This document shows, piece after piece, positions 48,301 through 57,300 of a DNA stretch of 64,000 bases. Below the pieces are notes generated by a model. It searched no databases. It was not told where the DNA came from and worked only from the letters and a program-made list of their open reading frames with translations. Both the position numbers and the translations under genes were made by a program. Origin of the DNA: Torpedo marmorata (lineage: Eukaryota); NCBI GenBank assembly GCA_977017645.1, contig OZ360237.1, positions 44,454,001 to 44,518,000 on the forward strand. The letters are read 5' to 3'. How positions within the stretch are numbered: position 1 is the stretch's first letter; each line of letters starts with the position of its first letter.

Positions 48301-51300
48301 GTGTGTATGAACAGAAGGACCTTGGGGTCCAAATCCATGCATCCCTCAAGGTCGCCGCTCAGGTTGATAGGATAGTTAAGAAGGCCTATGGGATGCTGGG
48401 CTTCATTAATAGGGGGATTTAGTTCAAGAGTGGAGAGGCCATGTTGCAACTCTACAAATCTCTGGTGAGACCACGCTTAGAGTATTGTGTTCAGTTCTGG
48501 TCACCTCATTACAGGAAGGATGTGGAAGCTATGGAGAGGGTGCAGAAGAGATTTACCAGGATGTTACCTGGATTGGAAAATAAGTCTTATGAGGCAAGGT
48601 TAGCAGAGCTGGGACTTTTTTCTTTGGAGCGTAGAAGGATGAGAGGAGACTGAATAGAGGTCTAGGTCTACAAGATTATTCAAGATTCAATTTATTGTCA
48701 TGCAATAAAACAGTGTCATATTACACAAAATTCCTTTTGCCTGCTGTAAGGCAGACAGTTTCGCCATCGGCAGAAATTGCCTGAAACGTCTCTTACAGTC
48801 AGAGAAAGAGAAGCAAAAGAGAGTCCCCCCAGAGTCACCTAGTGTCCATAGATTCGCCTCCAGTGCTCCCGCAGCCTCCGCAACCACACAGAGTCCAGTC
48901 CAAATCATTGGCAACCTGAGCTCCAGATCCGAACCTCCAACACGGTCAGGAACCCTTCAGCGCCTTCGGCACCACCTCGCATCCCGGTTCCGATACCTGG
49001 TACCCCTTCAGCCAGTTCGAGCCAGTCTCCAGCAGTCCGCAGCCCTGCGCGAGTCTCCCGACAGCAGTCTCCAGCTGCCCACAGCCTCTGCGGGTTCCTC
49101 GCCTCGAGTCGTCAGCCGCATGCGTTGGTCTTTCAGCCGCAGAGCCCCCTCACCGGTCCGCCGCCGTGGTCACCGTCCTGTGGGTCGTCTCCTCTGCTTC
49201 TTCTTCTCAGACGGGGGGGGTGGTCTCCCCATTTTGTGGTGCCCTGCGCCAGCCTCCGCTCCCTGGAGTCTGCAACCCCTCGTGGCTGCTGCCGATCAGA
49301 GGCACCGCCATCTTGGGCGCAGACCCGCGGTTGCGGGATTTTAAATAAAAACTACCGTCGGCTCCTTTAACGGGCCGTTCAAAGCCCGTGCGGAGCTGTC
49401 GTCAGATGGCTGGGCGGTTGGACCCCGCGGGAGCGCTGTATCTCCGCTCCTCGTTCCCCGCGGTTCCGCACCAGCGGCAGCGCTGCCGCTACAGTGGCTC
49501 CGGCAGCGCCGCCATCTTCAAGCTGCCGGAGCCATAGAGAGGCATAGATAGGGTGGTCAGCCAGCACCTGTTTCCCAGGGCAGGAATGGCAAACACCAGA
49601 GGACATGAGTAAAAAGAGAAGGGAGGGAAGTTTAGGGGAGACATCAGGGGTAAGTTTTTTTTACGCAGAGTTGTGGGTGCCTGGAATGCCTTGCCAGGGA
49701 TGGAGGTGGAGGGTGAAACATTAGGGGCATTTAAGAGTCTCTTAGACAGGCCCTTGGATGGAAGAAAAATAGAGGGTTACGGGGTAGGGAGGGTTTAGTA
49801 CTTTTTTTTAAAGAAATATATGGGTTGGCACAACATCGAGGGCCGAAGGGCCTGTACTGTGCTGTAGTGTTCTGTTATTTTTCAAACAATTGTCATAAAA
49901 CTCTTCAAATACCCAAACTAGATGAAAAAGTTTGAAAATGTTCTGCAGCTTCCACTACCACAAGCAAACTTTTTCAGCTTTTCCAATGTGCATGATAATG
50001 GATAGAGGCTTGTGTAGAAGCAACCTACACTCCTCAGATACAGGCATCAAGCTAGGAACTAACAGAAAAGGTGGAGAAGAAAAGCCTAAATGAATGTCCT
50101 ATTTTACAAAAAATTATGCAAAGATTTAAAACAAATTATCGACACACTGAGGCTATTGAATCTACGCAGAAATCCATACTCAGAATAAAGGGCTCCACGT
50201 GGTTAAATTAAATGCAACATTCAGAAGTCTGCCAACCTGGGAAGTTGCTCGCTTGGTAACTTGCTCTAGATCTGCTTGCATTTTCTGTTGTTGCTCTTCA
50301 TACAGTTCCAATTTTGCTAGAAGCTCTTCTGTAAGAATACACGCAATCACCGTTTGAAAATAGGCAACAAAGGAACACAATACAATTACGGTAGTCACAC
50401 CAGCCAACGTACCATTTTGTGCCTTGAAATGTTGCAAACAATTCACTTTTTGTTGTAGCTCTTCTTTCTCCTTTTCTAATTCAGCCACTCTCTTTTTGAG
50501 AGCCATTTGCTCCTGATGAGAAGCTCCAGTCTGAGTAAAAATAAATACAGCTTCAATTCAAGCAAAGTGATTTATATTGGTCAGCAAGATAGCCACAATT
50601 CAAATGAATCAGATCTAATATCCTGCAGATGATTTTAAACATGCTTTATACTTTATCTGTGCTATTGCCAACAAACCCACCCTACCACAACAATTCTGTA
50701 ATTAACCTTTCCTGCATGCTCATATCAATTCCATGTCATTACTCATCAGAAAAGAATTAAACCAAAGAAATTGAAAATCTAATACATTTAAGAAGCTATT
50801 TAAATATGAGGGAGAATGGAAGAATAGATTATACCAATAGCATCAGATGAAAGGGAGTGAAAGGAACTTCAAGTGAAAGCATAACTCCCGAACGCTTCGG
50901 TTTTACTAAATGGGCTGTTACTATGTGATGCATTCTTTATGGAGTGTTAACAACAGAGCAATGAATTTTAATCTCAGGATAGCACTTCTTCATACTGTTG
51001 AGTATGGCATCGTGAAGAGGGCACGTCAGCGCCTCTACTTCCCCAGGAGTTTGCGGAGGTTTGGTATGAGACTAGAAACCCTGGCAAATTTCTACAGATG
51101 TGTGGTGGAAAGTGTGCTGACTGGCTGCATCACGGTCTGGTACGGGAACACCAATACCCCTCAGCGTAAAGCCCTCCAAAAAGTAGTGGACACAACCCAG
51201 GACATCACAGGCAAAACCCTCCCTCCCATTGAGAACATCTACAGGGAATGCTGCCGTCGGAGAGCAGTACCAATCATCAAGGATCCACCCCACCCAGCTC

Positions 51301-54300
51301 ACACTGTTCTCACTGCTACCATCAGGAAAGAGGTATAGGTGCCACAAGACTCGCACCACCAGGTTCAGGAACAGCTGCTACCCCTCCACCATCAGACTCA
51401 ACAACAAACTCAATTAGGGTCTCGTTTAAGTACTCTTACTTTTGCACTTCATTGATTTTTTTTATTCTCTCTGTATTGCAGTTTGTTTACATTCATTATC
51501 TGTTTACAGTTCTTTATTTGTTTACATGTGTACATTGAGTAGTTTTTTTGCACTAACAATAAGTGGTAATTCTGCCTCGCCTGCAGGAAAAAGGAACCTC
51601 AGGATTGTATGTGACGTCATGTATGTACTCTGACAATAAATCTGAATCTGAGCAGAAAAAAATTCCCATCAGACAAAACAGAGTAGAAAAATATGGTGGT
51701 TTTCACAATGCTTCAATGGTTCATGAAATAAAATGCTATCAAACCACATTTCTTTCATTATACAATTATGTATCTTCATTTCAGTTTTGACAAAGATTGA
51801 TCTTCAGTTCGTAGTCACGAGATGATAGAGATTTTTGAGTTACCTGTGCATTTTTCAGATCTTCCTCAGCCTGCCTGATTTTTGACTTGGACCATGCTTT
51901 CATTTTCAGGAATTTGGCCTCTGATTTAGCAGCCTCTTCTGTTTTAAGTTTCACTTGTTCTTTCAGAGAATGAAAGGAAACATAATGACCTGATTTTTGT
52001 AGCCAAAAACCAATGTCTACATCTCCACACTGGGAGTTTTCCCCACTGTATTTAAACACTCTCAGTAGAAATTACTCTAATTCTACTAATTACCTGCAAA
52101 TCAAATGACAAAATGTGCTGGAAATACTACAATTTGTTAAATAAAATCAGTCAATTTTTAATTGGTGAGCTAAAGAAAAATTACCATTTAACAAACTGTT
52201 CGATTTTAAATAGTATTAAATAGCATTGTAATTTTTAAAATAGAATTGTGTTGTAATTTTGTCACAAGAATAATATACACAACACGAATTTATGAAAACA
52301 ATTCATTTTAAAGTACTTTTAATATAGTATATATTATAATATAGGCGTCACAGGTCAATTGGGTCATAAAGAGAGCTTTTGGCATATTGGCCTTCGTAAA
52401 TCAAAGTACTGAGTATAGGATTTGGAATGTTATGTTGAAGTTGTATAAGACATTGGTGAGGCCAAATATGGAGTATTGTGTGCAGATTTCATCACCTACC
52501 TACAGGACAGATACAAAATTGAAAGAATGAAGAGAAAATTTGCAAAGATTTGCTGGGACTTGAGGAGCTGAGGGAAAGGTTGAATATGTGAGGACTTTAA
52601 TCCCTGGAGCATTGGAAAGTAAGTGGTATAGAGAGGGTAAATGCAAGAAGGCTTTTTCCACTGAGGATAGTGAGACAAGAACGAGAGGACATGGGTTAAG
52701 GGTGAAAGGTGAAATATTTAAGGGGAATATTAGTGGAAACGTCTTCACTCAGAGGGTGGTGAGTGTGTAGAATGAGGTGCCAGCTTAAGTGGTGGATGCG
52801 GGTTCGATTTTAACATTTATGAGAAATTTGGATAAGTATATGGATGGGAGGGGAATGGAGGGCTTTTATCTGGGTGCAGGTCAATGCGACTGTACAGTAA
52901 AATAGCTTGGCACAGACTAGATGGGCCAAAAGGCCTTTTTCTGTGCTGTATTGTTCTATAGAAAATTATTAGAGGCATACATAGATGGTAGATTTTCGGA
53001 GCCTTTTTCAAGAGGGGCAGGGGTTTAAGGAAAGATAAGAGAAAATTTACATATTTCTGAGGCATTTTCTTTCTTTACACAGAGAGTGGAAGTGCTTGGA
53101 ACACTGCCAGCAAGGTGCTGGAAAAAAGATATGATAGCAGTGAGGAACATGGATCATATGGAGGCAGATAAGATTAGTTCAATTTGGCATCATGGTCAAC
53201 ACAGACATGGTGGGCAGAAGGGCCTGCTCCTGTGCTGTACTGTTTACGTTTAATAAAGCGTCATTTGATGGTTCCGTTTCATTTTTAATCGTACACACTC
53301 TAATCTTTCTTTAGTTATTCCCACAAAGTTTAACCAGTTAATTATTTTTACATTTTGCTGAGAACTTTTAATGTCATTGCCTTACTTAGCCAGCTGAAGA
53401 ATACCAGTGCCAGCAAGCAGTTGTCATCTTCTTGAACTGAAACCTTCAACAAGCATCAGAAAAGGGGAGTTCTCACCACTGCAAGTGCTGTGACTACCAG
53501 GCTGACCACAAGTTCAAGACACTTCAATACAATTACTAATGCCATCAGGACAAACACATGTGACAAGAGTAAATAACCCAATTAATTGTTTAACCTGGGC
53601 AGCAAATAAAACTGAGTTGTCTGTCAGTTACACTTTTTTCTCACCGGTCCTAGTTAATAGAACATAGAGAAGTGCAGCACAATAAGAGGTTCTTCGATCC
53701 ACATGTCTGTGCAGAACACGATGCCAAATTAAGCCAAATCTCTTTTGCCTGCACATGATCCATATTCCTCCATTCCCTGTTGCTAGCCCTCCACCATCAG
53801 GCTCCTACACAACAAACTCAAAGACTCATTTAAGTACTCTTACTTTGCACATTATTTATTACTAAATATTTATTTTTTCTTCTGTATTGCACATTGAGTT
53901 TGTTTACATTTCTTTCTTTGTTTATATTTCTCTCTTTTGTATACGCATCTTTTCTTGAGTACAGTTTTTTGCACTATCAATAAGTAAGAAATTCTGCCTG
54001 GCCCTTGGGAGAAAGAATCTCAGGGTTGTATGTGATGTCATGCATGTACTCTGACAATAAATTTGAACTTTGAAAATCTGAACTTTGATATTTGGGTCCA
54101 TCTGAAAGCCTCAAACACTTTTGCACTTTAATGCTCTTTAATGTCTGTTTGTTGAAAAGAGCAATTACATTCTGAAATCAAACACTTCAGCATTTCTCCC
54201 ATTCTTTTGTACCATTAATCGCCCATTTTATGTACACAAGATTACACCACCTCTCACCTGCAAACAAATTATTTTAAATCAAGTGCAGGTCAAGTTCATT

Positions 54301-57300
54301 GTGACATGTACCAACGTACAGTGATAAAAGTTTGTTTTATGAGCAGCAGCACAGTTAGTGTAGTGGTTAACGCAAACGCTATTACAGCGCCAGCAACACG
54401 GGTTCGAATCCGGCGCTGTCTGTAAGGAGTTTGTACGTTCTCCCCGTGTCTGCGTGGCTTTCGTCTGGATTATCCGGTTCCCTCCCACCCTTCAAAAAAA
54501 AAAAAAAAAAAAAAAACGTACGGGGATTGTAGGTTATTTGGTGTATTTGGGGGGTACAGGTTTGTGGGCCAGAAGGGCCTGTTAATGTGCTGTACATCTA
54601 AAAAAAAAAGTTCAGCGACATTGGGCTGGAAGTAAAACACAGAAGTGCAGAGTTACAGAGAGAAATCAATTAGTACAGAGCATAGGCACATAATTTTCTA
54701 ATGCAAAGTTAACATAATAATACTCTCATTCTTAAGATGGCATATTCCAAATTGCACATGTTCCATAACTATCATTTTTGGAAAGCAACACAAGTTTCGA
54801 CAAACTACCGCAGAAAGTGTCTTCTCAGCACCATTTCTGAACTAACGACATCAAGTTATTTAATCCCAAAACATGCAAAATTATCATTCTCCACTTGCTC
54901 CATTAAAACCTTCATTATTTTAAATTATTCCAATTAAATATCTTCTTCTGCTACTTAATACCAATAACATGAAAAAATATTGTATCAATATCTCTTCCCC
55001 ATTCAAAGCTCAAGTCTTGCAGAGAGGAGATATTGCACCGTAGCCCTCGGATTACAGGCAATTCAAAAATAAAATGCATTTATGTACCACTCCATGCAAG
55101 AGCATCATTAATGGTAGAAGTTCTTCAAACTCCTTCATGATGTCACAGTTTAAAGCACCCTCCAAAAAGTAAATTGACAGATTAAAACAGGCAAGAAAAT
55201 TAATCATTCCATCCCCCCAAATGACTACCATATTTTTTACACATATAACACACGCGTTATATGCGTTTTTTACAAACCAGGTAACCCACTGCGCGATATG
55301 TGCGTGTGCGCGCAATACAAGAATTTTTTTACATGTTGAAACAACGCGCACAATTTATAGCGGGCGTGGGAGTCGCACCGGCAATAAACGACATGCACAA
55401 TTTATAGCGAGTGTGGGAAATTAATAGCGGCAATGAAACAACGCGCACAATTTATCGCGGGCGTGGGAAAGTCGCACCGGCAATAAACAATGCGCACAAT
55501 TTATAGCAAGCGTGGGAAAGTAATAGCGGCAATGAAACACATGTACAATTTACAGACGAACGTGGGAATTGGGTACATACAAAATGGCAAAATTCAAAAT
55601 TTTGATCTTGGCAGTCTCAGGAATATCTCTTTGGCCTGAGTGCCATGGAGTGCCGAGAAACAGGATATTCTGGCTAGGGCACTGCACCTTATCAATGTTA
55701 ATTGCCCAGACCTGTCACCTGAGGGAGAAGATTAACATATCAAGTGCCTCTGAGACAAACGTCTCAGATGGACCTTGCAGGAGGATATCATCTATATAAT
55801 GGGCGATTGACACAACTGGGGGAAGTTGAATGGGTTGTAAATCGCGAGAGATTAACTGTGGCAGATAGTGGGACTATGGAATGTGTTTTGTCTCCTGTCC
55901 CAAGTAAATGCAAATTGCTTGTGAGTTGGAATGTAGAATACTACACCCGCGCGGTATATGCGTGTGCGCTATACGAGAATATTTTACATAGTTTAAGATT
56001 TTCCGCGCTTTATATGCGTGCGCGCGTAAAATGCGTGAAAATTCGGTACTAGAAATTGTAAGCCTTTGGATCGGCTCTTGCAGATGGAAGCAATAATTTT
56101 AATTGGGACTCAACTCTTTTCAGTATTCTTTTCTTGAATAAACATCGATATCTTCTGATCAAGGAAACTAACGAGGACAATCGAGCAAAAGAAATCCTTG
56201 AATTTAGATGCTACTTTTCCTACCAATGAATGTACCAAATTGCTTAGCAGCCAATAAAGCACCCCCCCCCACCCAAACCAAGTATGGTTACTGATAAAAT
56301 ACAGGAATCACAGAAGCAAATTTGCACATCGTCCCGCAAAGAAAATGGTAATGACCAGATGATTACTGGCAAAAAAATAAATGAGTGATAAGTTCTGTCA
56401 TAAAATCCACCACATTTCTCTGATGCTAAAATATTTTAATGAAAACCGTTTAATGCCGTGTGAAGAAGCTTTGTATCTCTGGCCTACCAAAAGTATCAAC
56501 GGGTCAACTTCCAGTCATTACCTTCTAATTCGTCAATCTTCCGTTTAATGGCGCCATCCATAGTAGCAGTTGCATCAAGTACTCCAGGGAACTGACCATG
56601 AAGTTGTAAATCTTCCAACTGTTTCTGAACTTGCAAGTGACTTTGTTCCTTCTGAGATATTTCTTCTTCGTGTTTTACCCTGATCCCATGTAACTCAGTG
56701 CTGCGCTTTCCTTTGATATTTTTCAACTCTGACTCGTGTCTTTCCATCAGATCTCTGACCTGGGCTCTCATTACATGCTTTTCAGCATCAAGCTTAGCCT
56801 CAAGGTTATCCTTTTCTAACTGAAGCAGCTTCATCTTTTCAATCATCTCCTGAAAAATTTAAAACAGCAAAATTCAACTAAAAGGACTTTTATAAGCCTT
56901 GTGTTTAAAATAATGCAGTTTTCTGCAAAGTAATATTACATGAATGAAATAAGCTGAATAAAAATAAGGAAGTAAAGCTGAACTGGTCGAAATTAAAATA
57001 GTAACTATACATCAAGGCTAAAGCAGCTGGTGAGAAAATGAGGACTTAATATGATCAATACTGATGCTGTTGCATCATAATCAAGAGTTCATATGTTCTT
57101 GACAATCTAATAACAGATCTCTCCTGGGTCAAAACTGAAAGCATTTGGTGGTACTGATCTACAGTGCCAACTAGCTGCTATAACCAGAAATTATAGAGCT
57201 ACAAGGCTGTACTTACATTGAGATTCTGCATTACATTATACGGTTGGCGTAGCAGTTAGTGCAACGCCTTCATAGCGCCAGCGATCGGGACCGGACCGGG

